A stretch of DNA of 64,000 nt from Candidatus Bathyarchaeia archaeon (lineage in GTDB: Archaea > Thermoproteota > Bathyarchaeia > Bathyarchaeales > Bathycorpusculaceae). Of this stretch, positions 1 through 9,429 are shown one piece after another. A model generated the notes under the pieces. The model saw only the letters and a list, made by a program, of their open reading frames with translations. It was not told the origin of the DNA and ran no database searches. Position 1 is the first letter of the stretch, and each line of letters begins with the position of its first letter. The stretch is taken from assembly GCA_038727135.1 (NCBI GenBank), contig JAVYWL010000001.1:96001-160000 (forward strand), in the 5' to 3' direction. The position numbers were made by a program, and so were the translations under genes.

Positions 1-1
1 A

Positions 2-130
2 TATTATGCTCTGCACGAGTGGGATGTAAAAACAAGCTGGCCCTACAAGGAAACTTTAGAAAAATTAGGATTATCAGATGTTGCCAAAGAGCTGGAGAAA
101 CTCGGCAGACTTCCAAAAAGATCTATCTAG
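2..130 (+). CDS. 3' end of an aldehyde:ferredoxin oxidoreductase-family gene (cut by window edge)
   Basis: Frame 2 reads YYALHEWDVKTSWPYKETLEKLGLSDVAKEL...*, resembling the AOR C-terminus (compare EYYKLRGWVNGVPTKEKLAELEI in 54042-55889). Confidence 0.7.
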   Translation, partial: YYALHEWDVKTSWPYKETLEKLGLSDVAKELEKLGRLPKRSI

Positions 131-1436
131 AAAAGTCCAAACCCGTTTCTTGAAGTTCTCCGACGGTTCCTCCCCTTTTTATAAGATCATCTACGAAAAT
201 GTTATAGTAGCCTACTGGTTTTGATGATCCAACGCTTTGCCACCCAACAATCCTATCGGTTTTCTTATCAACAATAACACAGATTTTTGAGTCTCGGGGA
301 ACCTTGAGAGATTCTTGGGCGAAGGCTTCATTTCTCACCATTTTGACAAATAAAGTTTTGGTGTTAAGTCCAAGAGCAGAGGCTTCACTGCTACTCAAGC
401 CCATGCTGCTGATATGCACGCCAAATACATAATCATACTGGTGACGAATACTTCCCTCAAAAGTAATCCCTGCGCCTAAAGCGTTCATCCCGGCTATTTC
501 AGCAGTTCTGGCGGCAAGACTTCCTAATGGACGGTAAACTGGGCGTTTTGTAACGTAATCAATTTTTTCTGCACAATCACCAACAGCATAGACACCCTCA
601 ATATTAGTTTGCATTTTTGAGTCAGCTTTTATAGCTCCATACTCAGCCATCTCTAAACCGCTATTTGCAAAAAGTGCTGTATTGGGCTTCACACCGGTAC
701 AGAAAATTACAAAATCAAACGGAACGCGTTCCCCATTTAAAGTTACGGATTCCACATTCTTTTTCCCTTCGATGTCTCCAAGCTGGCATTGAACCATAAT
801 TTTAACGCCCATGCGCTCAGCTTTGGCTTGAACATATCTTGAAAGAGAGGGCTCAAGCACGCCGGAAAGAATGTGGGGTAAAGCCTCGGCGACTGTAACA
901 TGTAAGCCGCGTTTCATGAGCGCATTTGCGGTTTCCATTCCTATCAACCCAGCACCAACAACTAAAGCCTTCATCCCGGGCTTCGCCCTTCTAGAAAGCT
1001 CCTTTGCCTTGTCAAACCATTTCATGGCGTAGGTTCCCCTTAAATCGGCTCCTTTAACTGGAGGAAGTTTTGGAAGGCTTCCAGTTGCTATTATGAGATT
1101 TTCAAAAAATAGTTCGGATTTTTCCCCATTTCTAAGATCTTCAATTTTAACGGACTTCGCATTAAAATCGACCTGTAAAATTTGGCATCGCCCCAAAAAA
1201 TTCACATTCGCACGCCTAAGATTAGAAATTGGGTAAACGGAGATAGACTTAAGCGAGCTAACTTCATGAGCTATTATGGATGGGAGAGCGCTTCTTGAAT
1301 AAACGGTGCCTTCATTTGAGACTAACGCTATCGAAAAACGTTTCTTTAGGCTTTTTGATTTAAGCGCAGCGGCATATGCTGCTGTTGCTCCTGCAACGCC
1401 GCCGCCTAACACTACAAGATTAAACTTTCTCTTCAT
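123..1436 (-). CDS. FAD/NAD(P)-dependent oxidoreductase, NADH oxidase/CoA-disulfide reductase-like
   Basis: GGGVAG FAD motif, ATGS, GAGLIG NAD motif, VYAVGD motif. Confidence 0.85.
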   Translation of the reverse strand: MKRKFNLVVLGGGVAGATAAYAAALKSKSLKKRFSIALVSNEGTVYSRSALPSIIAHEVSSLKSISVYPISNLRRANVNFLGRCQILQVDFNAKSVKIEDLRNGEKSELFFENLIIATGSLPKLPPVKGADLRGTYAMKWFDKAKELSRRAKPGMKALVVGAGLIGMETANALMKRGLHVTVAEALPHILSGVLEPSLSRYVQAKAERMGVKIMVQCQLGDIEGKKNVESVTLNGERVPFDFVIFCTGVKPNTALFANSGLEMAEYGAIKADSKMQTNIEGVYAVGDCAEKIDYVTKRPVYRPLGSLAARTAEIAGMNALGAGITFEGSIRHQYDYVFGVHISSMGLSSSEASALGLNTKTLFVKMVRNEAFAQESLKVPRDSKICVIVDKKTDRIVGWQSVGSSKPVGYYNIFVDDLIKRGGTVGELQETGLDFSR

Positions 1437-1477
1437 AACAACCCTCTCATGTGGAAATTATTCAATTCTCACGTCAT

Positions 1478-1765
1478 TTATCCGCCGGCTACCGGAGTTG
1501 ACAAAATTATCTGGTCACCATCTCTTAGCACTGTTTTTACACCGTTTATCGTAAGGATGTTTCTGCCATTAACAAAAATTATTAGATTTCCCGCAATGGA
1601 TTTGCCATTTTTGAAAATTAGGCTACGTAGCGGTTCGCCAAACTTGTCACATAAATGTTTTAGCACATCCTCCACGGTGCTGCCTCCAACGATGCTTACC
1701 TCAGCGGATTCTCCTTTCACAGCCTCTTTAAACCCCGAAAGAAATTTCACTTGGACTTTCGCCAT
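1478..1765 (-). CDS. MoaD/ThiS/SAMP ubiquitin-like sulfur carrier
   Basis: Beta-grasp pattern IFVNGRNI...LRDGD...PVAGG with C-terminal GG; start taken at MAKVQVKF. Confidence 0.9.
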   Translation of the reverse strand: MAKVQVKFLSGFKEAVKGESAEVSIVGGSTVEDVLKHLCDKFGEPLRSLIFKNGKSIAGNLIIFVNGRNILTINGVKTVLRDGDQIILSTPVAGG

Positions 1766-1800
1766 AGATTCCACTATCATAGTGTTTTGTGCGGACCGAT

Positions 1801-2982
1801 TTAACATTTCTTTTGTGCAGATAGCACACTTTTAATCCTTAATAAAGCGTCAGTAAGTTTCTCCCTTGACGTAGCATAGGATATTCTGATGTAGCCTTCG
1901 CCGTGCTCGCCAAACGCTGTCCCGGGAACCACCACAACCTTTGCTTTTTCCAATATTTGCATGACAAAATCCTCCGAAGATATGTTAAAGCCTCTTATGC
2001 TTGGAAACGCGTAGAAGGCTCCTTGTGGTTTGGTGCACTTAAAGCCGGGCATCTCTGACAGCTCCTTAAGCAGTAGTTCCCGCCTTCGATTGTACTCCGC
2101 AACCATCTGTTTAACACAATCATCTCCGCCCTTCAGCGCTGCCACAGCCGCCATCTGCGAAATTGAGCTGGGATGCGCGGATATATGCTCTTGAAGCTTT
2201 GTCATCTGGCTTATGATATCCTTGCTCGCAACCACGAAACCTATACGCCAGCCAGTCATAGCGTAGGTCTTAGATAAAGTGAAAATGCTGATTGTCCGCT
2301 CCTTCATGTCAGGTAGCGAGGCAATGCTGACATGCTTTAAACCATCATACACTATTGCTTCGTAAGCCTCATCCGAGATCACAATAAGGTCTTTTTCTAT
2401 GGCAGTCTCAGATATAGCCCTCAAAACTTTTTCATTAAAAACAGAGCCCGTCGGGTTTGATGGCGTATTAAGTATAATCGCCTTAGTTTTCTCCGTGATT
2501 AGTTTTCTGACTTCCTCTACGTCCACTAGAAAATTGTTCTCTTCCCTTAACATGTATGGAACTGGGCGGCCGCCAGCTAAGATTACTTGTGCCTTATAGC
2601 TTGGAAAGCCGGGATCCGGAATTAAAACTTCGTCTCCAGGCTCAACTATTGTTAAAATGGCGAGTGACAGCCCGCCCATGGCGCCGACAGTTGCCATAAC
2701 CTCAGTTTCTGGATCAACGTCTATCCCGTTTTCCCTCTTAACCTTCTCAGCTGCTGCCTCCCTAAACTCTTTCAGTCCAGCGTTTGGAGTATAATGCGTA
2801 TAAGCCTCCTTCATGGCTTTTATAGCCGCCTCAATAATATGTTTAGGAGTGTCGAAGTCGGGTTCTCCCACTGACAAATTTATAACATCCTTGTATTTTT
2901 GCGCAAGATTAAACATCTTCCGAACGCCGGACCACGGAACAAGATCTGCGCGACTTGAGATCCATTTACAGTTAACCACCAT
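1801..2982 (-). CDS. PLP-dependent class I/II aminotransferase (aspartate/aromatic type)
   Basis: GEPDF, NTPSNPTG, DEAY, SKTYAMTGWRIG motifs. Confidence 0.92.
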   Translation of the reverse strand: MVVNCKWISSRADLVPWSGVRKMFNLAQKYKDVINLSVGEPDFDTPKHIIEAAIKAMKEAYTHYTPNAGLKEFREAAAEKVKRENGIDVDPETEVMATVGAMGGLSLAILTIVEPGDEVLIPDPGFPSYKAQVILAGGRPVPYMLREENNFLVDVEEVRKLITEKTKAIILNTPSNPTGSVFNEKVLRAISETAIEKDLIVISDEAYEAIVYDGLKHVSIASLPDMKERTISIFTLSKTYAMTGWRIGFVVASKDIISQMTKLQEHISAHPSSISQMAAVAALKGGDDCVKQMVAEYNRRRELLLKELSEMPGFKCTKPQGAFYAFPSIRGFNISSEDFVMQILEKAKVVVVPGTAFGEHGEGYIRISYATSREKLTDALLRIKSVLSAQKKC

Positions 2983-3135
2983 GCAAACCCCCCACGCTTA
3001 GAGAATGCACGTGACCACGACATTTAATAAAACTTCCGAAAAAGTCGACTAGTTATTAACGTCAATTTTGGCAAGTAAGAATAACGTATATATCCAAATT
3101 TCCAGTAAATTTCTGATGCTGTAAACCGCCAAAAA

Positions 3136-3309
3136 GGGGCCGTAGTCTAGGCAGGTATGACGACGGGCTCCAGAACATTACCAAACGGGTTTGCGGACCG
3201 CTATGCGGAATGAAGAGGTTCTGGAGCGGTCGGTAGAGAAACCCGTAGAAGCAGCCTCTGAGGCTGTTTCGGGGAGAGGTCGTCGGTTCAAATCCGGCCG
3301 GCCCCACCA
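3136..3309 (+). tRNA. tRNA-Trp(CCA) with two introns (3174-3240 at 37/38; 3247-3276 at 43/44) and encoded CCA
   Basis: Acceptor GGGGCCG/CGGCCCC, anticodon arm ACGGG-CT-CCA-GA-CCCGT after removing intron 1, T arm GTCGG-TTCAAAT-CCGGC; removing intron 2 restores the AGGTC variable loop. Confidence 0.88.
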
Positions 3310-3343
3310 ATAAAATTCATGGTATGATGTGTGGGCTTGGTTT

Positions 3344-3772
3344 ATGGCTAGAAAAGTGTTTATGATGAAGTTAAGCGAAATTCAGCCAAGTCAGCTTTAC
3401 ATTTGCTCTGAGAAGTTATCTGAGGTTATGAAAACTTTTGATGGAAATAACCCTACGGCGATGGAGCCTGTACCAGTTAAGAAGCTCGGAGAAGACGTCA
3501 TCTTTGTTGATGGTCACATCAGGGCTTTTGCGGCTTTTCTGTGCGGTTTTTCAGAGGTCCCAGTCTATTGGGAGAATGAGGAGCTGGACTGGGACGCTTA
3601 CAAAATCTGTGTTGAGTGGTGCAAGGAGGAGGGAATACGCACTATAGCTGACCTTAAAGGTAGGATCGTATCCCAAAGGGAATATGAAAAGCTGTGGTAT
3701 GAGCGATGCGAGAAAATGCAGAGAGCCTTAGAAACGAGGAGGAAAAGGAAGCCTACGTTTAGATTTGGTTAG
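3344..3772 (+). CDS. ParB/sulfiredoxin-like domain protein
   Basis: IQPSQLYI...VIFVDGHIRA resembles the ParB/Srx DGHxR motif. Confidence 0.6.
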   Translation: MARKVFMMKLSEIQPSQLYICSEKLSEVMKTFDGNNPTAMEPVPVKKLGEDVIFVDGHIRAFAAFLCGFSEVPVYWENEELDWDAYKICVEWCKEEGIRTIADLKGRIVSQREYEKLWYERCEKMQRALETRRKRKPTFRFG

Positions 3773-3824
3773 CTCACCTAAAATGAAGAAGTGGAGAATT
3801 TTGTAGCGTGTTATGTTAATTCCT

Positions 3825-4091
3825 TTATTCTTCTGCTGCTCCAGCTTCTACAACTTCGGCTTCGGCGAATCTTCGGCTTATCCTTGTTATCTTTATTTTG
3901 ACGTGGTCGCCTGGTTTTGTGTTTGGTATGAAGGTTACTAGTCCTTGGATACGGGCTATTCCTTCGCCTCTTCGGCTTGTTTCTGTGACGTCTACTTCAT
4001 ATTCTTTGCCCAGCTCAACTGGTTTCGGTGGGAACCTTCTTGGTCCTCTTCCGAATTCTCTTCTCCCGCCGAACCTTCTTCTTTCTTCCAT
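3825..4091 (-). CDS. Stand-alone TRAM-domain RNA-binding protein
   Basis: PVELGKEYEVDV...RRGEGIARIQGLVTFIPNTKPGDHVKIKI; Arg/Gly-rich N-terminus. Confidence 0.92.
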   Translation of the reverse strand: MEERRRFGGRREFGRGPRRFPPKPVELGKEYEVDVTETSRRGEGIARIQGLVTFIPNTKPGDHVKIKITRISRRFAEAEVVEAGAAEE

Positions 4092-4131
4092 ACATTTTCA
4101 CCTCTCCTTATTCGTTTAAAATTTCCGCGTG

Positions 4132-4422
4132 TTATTCGACTGTGAGTTTTCCATATTTTCCAACGTTCAGCTGGATTTCTCCCTTGAAGCTTGTCACGTA
4201 GCCGTTTTCTACTTTAACCGTGTCGTTGACGTTTACCTGGTTTATTTGGTCGTTCCACAGGGTCAGCTTTATAGTGCCCGTTTCGTCTGCTATTATGGCT
4301 GTTGCCACTTTGTGGGTTGTGTCGCTGAACCTTGATAGAACTTCGCGCGGCGCGGATTTTTCTACAACTTTGGCTTCAATGTTTACTCGTTTCATTCCAT
4401 TTCGCAGTTCCTTAATTTTCAA
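4132..4422 (-). CDS. Single OB-fold ssDNA-binding protein (crenarchaeal SSB-like)
   Basis: ADETGTIKLTLWN...ENGYVTSFKGEIQLNVGKYG. Confidence 0.88.
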   Translation of the reverse strand: MKIKELRNGMKRVNIEAKVVEKSAPREVLSRFSDTTHKVATAIIADETGTIKLTLWNDQINQVNVNDTVKVENGYVTSFKGEIQLNVGKYGKLTVE

Positions 4423-4441
4423 CCTTTTTCACCATCCCCTT

Positions 4442-4726
4442 TTAGGCTATTCTCTCCGCGACAGCGAATTTTCCGCCAACTGAAACAATGCGCACTCTAA
4501 CGCGTTCGCCTATCTTGCTGTTTGGAACAAAAATTAGGTAGCCCTGTATTCGGGCTATGCCGTCTCCTCTGCTTCCAATGTCGTCTATAACAACTTCCAG
4601 TTCCTGGTTTTCCTTGACTGGTGCCATCTGGAAAAGGGGTTTACCGGGGTTGAAGCGTCTGCTACTCCCAAACCTTCTTGGTTTTCTCTGGATGTTTTTT
4701 GTTTTTTCTGGAAGCCTTCTTGGCAT
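4442..4726 (-). CDS. Stand-alone TRAM-domain protein (second paralog)
   Basis: PVKENQELEVVIDDIGSRGDGIARIQGYLIFVP. Confidence 0.9.
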   Translation of the reverse strand: MPRRLPEKTKNIQRKPRRFGSSRRFNPGKPLFQMAPVKENQELEVVIDDIGSRGDGIARIQGYLIFVPNSKIGERVRVRIVSVGGKFAVAERIA

Positions 4727-4750
4727 ACTGTTTTTTCGTCCTTATCGCGG

Positions 4751-4822
4751 AACCAGCCTCAAACGCTAAAAACTCAAGTGTCCCGCTTTTGCTGAACACC
4801 GAGTTTCCAGCAGAGGCTAGTT
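4751..4822 (-). promoter_or_regulatory. Long 5'-leader RNA hairpin upstream of the TRAM-SSB-TRAM cluster
   Basis: Minus strand AACTAGCCTC pairs with GAGGCTGGTT and encloses GCTGGAAACTCGGTGTTC / GGACACTTGAGTTTTTAGC; TTTATA box at 4847-4852. Confidence 0.65.
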
Positions 4823-4959
4823 AGCATCACAGAAGGCAGCCACACATATAAATCTTGCTAGATGGCTCGCAATATTCAACCTTGGCTAGGAGAGTAAATG
4901 GTATATAGGGTCTTGTGTTATTTGCTATGATGCCAAGTAATGGATGTTGAGGACCAGGT

Positions 4960-5694
4960 TTGTCCGAACAAACGCAACAAAAACCAATAATTCAGTTGGT
5001 GGACGTTTACAAAGAATATAGAGCTGGAACTGTTTCAACTTTAGCCTTAAAAAAGGTTAGCTTCCAAATTTTGAAGGGACAGCTTATCGCCATAATGGGG
5101 CCCTCGGGTTCCGGGAAGACAACACTTCTTAACATGATTGGGCTTTTGGACCGCCCTACAAAGGGCAAAATCTTCTTCGATGGTTTTGACGTTTCAAGGC
5201 TTGACGATAGAACATTGGCTAATTTACGAAACACAAAGCTTGGCTTCGTTTTTCAAACCTTTAATTTGGTTAATAGGCTAAGCGTTTTCGAAAACATCGA
5301 GCTACCTTTAATACCTCGTGGGATTCCCCGTAACGTTAGGGCGAAAATGGTTTGGGAAGCCATAACAAAAGTCGGCGGCGATGAGAGTTGGCTTCACAAA
5401 AAGCCTAACCAACTTTCCGGCGGTCAACAGCAACGCGTGGCAATAGCAAGAGCCATCGTTGGGAAGCCTGTTGTTCTGTTGGCTGACGAGCCAACCGGCA
5501 ATTTGGACAGAGCCTCAGCCAAAGTTGTCGTTGAAACTTTCCTAAACCTTAACAAGGCTGGGCACACAATAGTTGTTGTGACACATGACCCGGAAGTAGC
5601 AAACTGTATGGAAAAGATATATGTTATAAGAGATGGAGAGATAGTGGGAGAATTTATGCCTAATAAGGCAGAATCTCTTATTAGTAAGGCATAA
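4960..5694 (+). CDS. ABC transporter ATP-binding protein (LolD/MacB-like)
   Basis: GPSGSGKT, LSGGQQQR, LADEPTGNLD, VTHD. Confidence 0.95.
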   Translation: MSEQTQQKPIIQLVDVYKEYRAGTVSTLALKKVSFQILKGQLIAIMGPSGSGKTTLLNMIGLLDRPTKGKIFFDGFDVSRLDDRTLANLRNTKLGFVFQTFNLVNRLSVFENIELPLIPRGIPRNVRAKMVWEAITKVGGDESWLHKKPNQLSGGQQQRVAIARAIVGKPVVLLADEPTGNLDRASAKVVVETFLNLNKAGHTIVVVTHDPEVANCMEKIYVIRDGEIVGEFMPNKAESLISKA

Positions 5695-5709
5695 ATTTCG
5701 CGAGGGTAG

Positions 5710-8202
5710 GTGGAAGTGGTGAGAAGCTTAAAGCCGTTTTTAACTCTCGCACTAGCCATTACACTTGTATTGCAGTCTACATCCCTTCTTACACACACCA
5801 TGGTTTTTGGAGAACCCACAGACTTTGTTATAAAAAATGTTAACGTGAGGTCCTCAGCTGATACTCCTTATGTTTATCCGGGAAGCAGAAGGGTCAATTT
5901 GAAAGTTGAGGCAGCTTACCAAAACAGTACAACGGCGCGGAACGTTGTTGGATGGCTTAACATAACTGTGGAAGGCATAAGTTTCAGCTCTGGAAGCGGC
6001 GCATGTTCACCGGCGCGGTTGCTTAATGGAAGTGTAGCCGAAGAAGTAAGCTTAAACACGCATGTCACATTTGAATATTTAATTGACATTTCCAGCTCCG
6101 TAAAAAATGGCACATATCAGTTGGAACTTAACATCACATACGTGAAGGAAAACAGCATCACATTTGAAGCCCATCCAATAGCCATAACCGTTTCGCCTTA
6201 CCCAGAAGTTTCTCTGAGAATGGTGAATGCCTATTTTTCACCCGCCGCCTATCCAGGTTCTGTTGACACAAACCTCTATGTGATATTAGAAAACAATGGA
6301 AGCAGCACCATAAACTCTGCAAACTTTAATGTTACGCTTCCAGAGGGCTTTACGGTCAAGAATCCTAGGACGAGTATAGGACTCGTCAATAGGGGAGACC
6401 GTTTCACTATAACATTTACCGGGGTGTCTATTCCGCTAAACGCCCGGTTAGGAGCATACAATGCGACAATTTATGCGGATTATAGTGCCAGAACGGAGGA
6501 CGGAGTAGCCTACAGCACTACGGCGTCCTTCAACGTCACAGTTATGGTAGAGAACCCGCCTCCGGAAGAACCTATCATGATAGCGGCTGTAAACACGCTT
6601 TATAATGGGGAGCCCGCTCCGCTGCTTCAATCCGCCAGAGGCGTTGTCTTGCGAATCTATCTCATTAATAGGCTTTCAGATACCATAAGCACGATGATTG
6701 TAAACGTAACGCTTCCGGAAAACATTACGGTTAGAGGAGTTACTGGAACGTATATTAATGGGATGGGGCCGGGCGGCTCATGTTTTGTCGACTTAACAAT
6801 AGATGTCGCCCCAGAAATGGAGATTGGAAGACATGATTGCTCGCTGAATGTAACCTACCTCAAGATAGTTTCTGGCTGTTCCTTTCTCATGAGCCAAACT
6901 TTGAAGTTCCAAATAACTGTTGAAAGTCGCCACAGTATCATCGTTGACAGCTCAGCAATAGAAATTGTGGATGTAAGATGGTATGAAGGCTCGGTTGGAC
7001 CTAACACCTATGGCGCCCACCTAATAGTCCTCGTCAGAAACGTTTACATCGATGGCCTCCACGGAGCAGTGCTTGAACTTGACTTACCAGAGGGAATATG
7101 CAATTCTGCAGATAACTCCAGCCAAGTTAAAGCAGCACCCTTATCAGTGCAACTTCAACTACCCCAGCCACTGCAGGCACAAGACCTTACGGAAATATTA
7201 AACGCTTTTCTAAGCGCGCAGATAGCTAGCCCAGCGCAGATTTACGGCAGAGGCGATATCCTAACCTTCATGTTTAGCCTCAACTTGTTCGATATTGCCG
7301 TTGGAAATTACATTCTTGAAGGATATCTATCCTACATTGATGGATGGGGCGGCAACCGACAAATCCCGATTAAAGTGCCTGTTTCCATCCTCGGAAAGGC
7401 TGGATACATCGAAATAATCATGGATGAAACCATCAGCGTGAGAAGCCGATTCACAAACGCTTCCCTAACCCTTGTCAACCATGGAAGCTCACCAGTTTAT
7501 GATGCTTATGTGGTGATTTCGCCATACCAAGGAACGCCAATACTTATTGCTACGCCAGCGGTAAACTATATGGAGAGGATTCCTCCGGGAGAAAGCCTTG
7601 GAATCCCATTGACGTTAGCGTATAATCCATTCGGCTTTTACACGCAAACTGGCGGAGTCGCAGCTGTAACATATGGGCCGGTTCCGTTCACGGTCTCAGT
7701 AATTTACAGGGATGCTTGCGGCTATCAGCGCGTCTTTAACAATTCGATAGTTGTGACCGTCGAGCCCTTCATTGAGCTAGTTTTAAGGAACGTAAAAGCA
7801 ACCAGCACAGGAACAACATCCAAAATAACTGGAACCATTACGAATTATGGCTCTTCGGCGGCAAAGCGTGTCGAAGTAGAGGCGAAGATTGGAAGTGCCA
7901 CCGGAACATGGTTTATCGACGTTATCGACCCCGGCTCAGATGCAGTCTTCACAGTTGATGTTGGCGCGTATGCTGAATCGGCCACTTTAACAGTTAGGTA
8001 CTATAACGCATTCGATGAACTTGCCTCAAAGTCCATGAACGTTACAATAACCCTTCAAGAGGCCGCACAGCAACAGATTCAAGGCGAAGAATTCCCAATT
8101 GAAAGGTGGATTATTGTAGCGGGCGTCATAATATTTCTAGCCGTGGCAACCGTTTTAATATATAGAACTGTCAAGAAGTCAAAACTGGAAAGCAATCCCT
8201 AA
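5710..8202 (+). CDS. Membrane-anchored surface protein with Ig-like repeats (COG1361 S-layer-domain type), ABC-associated
   Basis: Signal peptide, beta-rich modules, many NxS/T sequons, C-terminal TM helix; lies between ABC ATPase and permease. Confidence 0.7.
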   Translation: MEVVRSLKPFLTLALAITLVLQSTSLLTHTMVFGEPTDFVIKNVNVRSSADTPYVYPGSRRVNLKVEAAYQNSTTARNVVGWLNITVEGISFSSGSGACSPARLLNGSVAEEVSLNTHVTFEYLIDISSSVKNGTYQLELNITYVKENSITFEAHPIAITVSPYPEVSLRMVNAYFSPAAYPGSVDTNLYVILENNGSSTINSANFNVTLPEGFTVKNPRTSIGLVNRGDRFTITFTGVSIPLNARLGAYNATIYADYSARTEDGVAYSTTASFNVTVMVENPPPEEPIMIAAVNTLYNGEPAPLLQSARGVVLRIYLINRLSDTISTMIVNVTLPENITVRGVTGTYINGMGPGGSCFVDLTIDVAPEMEIGRHDCSLNVTYLKIVSGCSFLMSQTLKFQITVESRHSIIVDSSAIEIVDVRWYEGSVGPNTYGAHLIVLVRNVYIDGLHGAVLELDLPEGICNSADNSSQVKAAPLSVQLQLPQPLQAQDLTEILNAFLSAQIASPAQIYGRGDILTFMFSLNLFDIAVGNYILEGYLSYIDGWGGNRQIPIKVPVSILGKAGYIEIIMDETISVRSRFTNASLTLVNHGSSPVYDAYVVISPYQGTPILIATPAVNYMERIPPGESLGIPLTLAYNPFGFYTQTGGVAAVTYGPVPFTVSVIYRDACGYQRVFNNSIVVTVEPFIELVLRNVKATSTGTTSKITGTITNYGSSAAKRVEVEAKIGSATGTWFIDVIDPGSDAVFTVDVGAYAESATLTVRYYNAFDELASKSMNVTITLQEAAQQQIQGEEFPIERWIIVAGVIIFLAVATVLIYRTVKKSKLESNP

Positions 8203-8211
8203 ACAGCAACG

Positions 8212-9429
8212 GTGAAAACCCAAATGCTTGCGGACTTCGTTAGGCTTTCGCTAAAAGCCCTAAGCGAAAGAAGAATGAGAGCCACACTAACAATAGTAGG
8301 GATAGCCATCGGCCCACTAGTCCTCGTCATGATGAGCTCGGTTGTTGGAAGCTACTCAAATTACATAGAGGAGAGAATAACATCGTTGGGGCAAAATGCC
8401 ATCGCCATTTTTCCAACAGAAAATTATCGGCTTGACGAAGAAGACCTAAACTACATTAGAGGTATCGAAGCTGTTAGAAGGGCTGAACCCTTCTATAATA
8501 CGCAAGGCATAGTTAAAAGGGGCGCAGAGGACGTTAAAGTGTCAATATTCGCTGTTGACTACAGCCTCCTTTTCGAAGCTATAGGAAGCCTAAAAATCGG
8601 CGAAGGCGACATACCAACGGAGCGCTTATACGTCATAATAGGGCGGAAAATAGCCTACAAAGACAACGAAAAATACTTTCGCCTAGAAGACGGATTAATT
8701 GTGACTGTTCCAAAGATTGAGGGAGGCAAAATAACTGGCAGAAGATCAATAGGAGTGCGGGTCGGCGCCATCCTCGAAGAGTATGGTGGCGCATTAATAG
8801 TAGATCCGGACTCAACGATCTTCATGTGTCTGGAGGCTGGCAAGAGTTCTCTTGGAATGGACAGATGGTCAGGAATTCTCGTTTTAGTAAATGATCCAGC
8901 TAACGTTAAGCCAGTTGTCTCAACTTTGAGACAATATTATGAGGATAAAGCCCAAATAATCGCTTTCAGCTCAATAGCTGAGGCTGTCTCCAGCGTTACT
9001 GGGGCGATAAACTTCATAAACTTTTCAACCTCGCTTTCAGCCTTCGCCGTCGCCATAGCCGGAGTAGCAGCAACAATGATAACATCCGTTATGGAACGCA
9101 CAAGAGAGATAGGCGTAATGAAGGCGATAGGTTATACGAATAGGCAAATTCTTCTACTAATTCTCATGGAGTCAATAGTTATGAGCCTCGTCGGCGGAAC
9201 AGCCGGAATATCAATAGGTGTTGTGGGCGCCTACATACTAGCTTCAAGAGGTTTCACAATAGGTGGCATAGGCGAAGGCGGAATAACCCTACAACTAAGC
9301 CCCTTAATAACGCCAACCCTCATAACCCAAACACTAGCCCTAACAATATTTATCGGCTTGGTGGGCGGAATCCTCCCAGCTTACAGAGCCTCAAAAATCC
9401 CGCCGGTAGTAGCCCTAAGATACGAATGA
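8212..9429 (+). CDS. ABC transporter permease, MacB/FtsX family
   Basis: ERTREIGVMKAIG, PAYRASKIPPVVALRYE. Confidence 0.93.
   Translation: MKTQMLADFVRLSLKALSERRMRATLTIVGIAIGPLVLVMMSSVVGSYSNYIEERITSLGQNAIAIFPTENYRLDEEDLNYIRGIEAVRRAEPFYNTQGIVKRGAEDVKVSIFAVDYSLLFEAIGSLKIGEGDIPTERLYVIIGRKIAYKDNEKYFRLEDGLIVTVPKIEGGKITGRRSIGVRVGAILEEYGGALIVDPDSTIFMCLEAGKSSLGMDRWSGILVLVNDPANVKPVVSTLRQYYEDKAQIIAFSSIAEAVSSVTGAINFINFSTSLSAFAVAIAGVAATMITSVMERTREIGVMKAIGYTNRQILLLILMESIVMSLVGGTAGISIGVVGAYILASRGFTIGGIGEGGITLQLSPLITPTLITQTLALTIFIGLVGGILPAYRASKIPPVVALRYE

Noticed and set aside
1478-1765. Link between MoaD/SAMP-like genes and the viral proteasome-like gene as a ubiquitin-type system
   Set aside because: Both MoaD genes sit beside AOR genes outside the provirus, and no E1 or JAB gene is present
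3062-3310. 82-aa minus-strand ORF
   Set aside because: Antisense to tRNA-Trp
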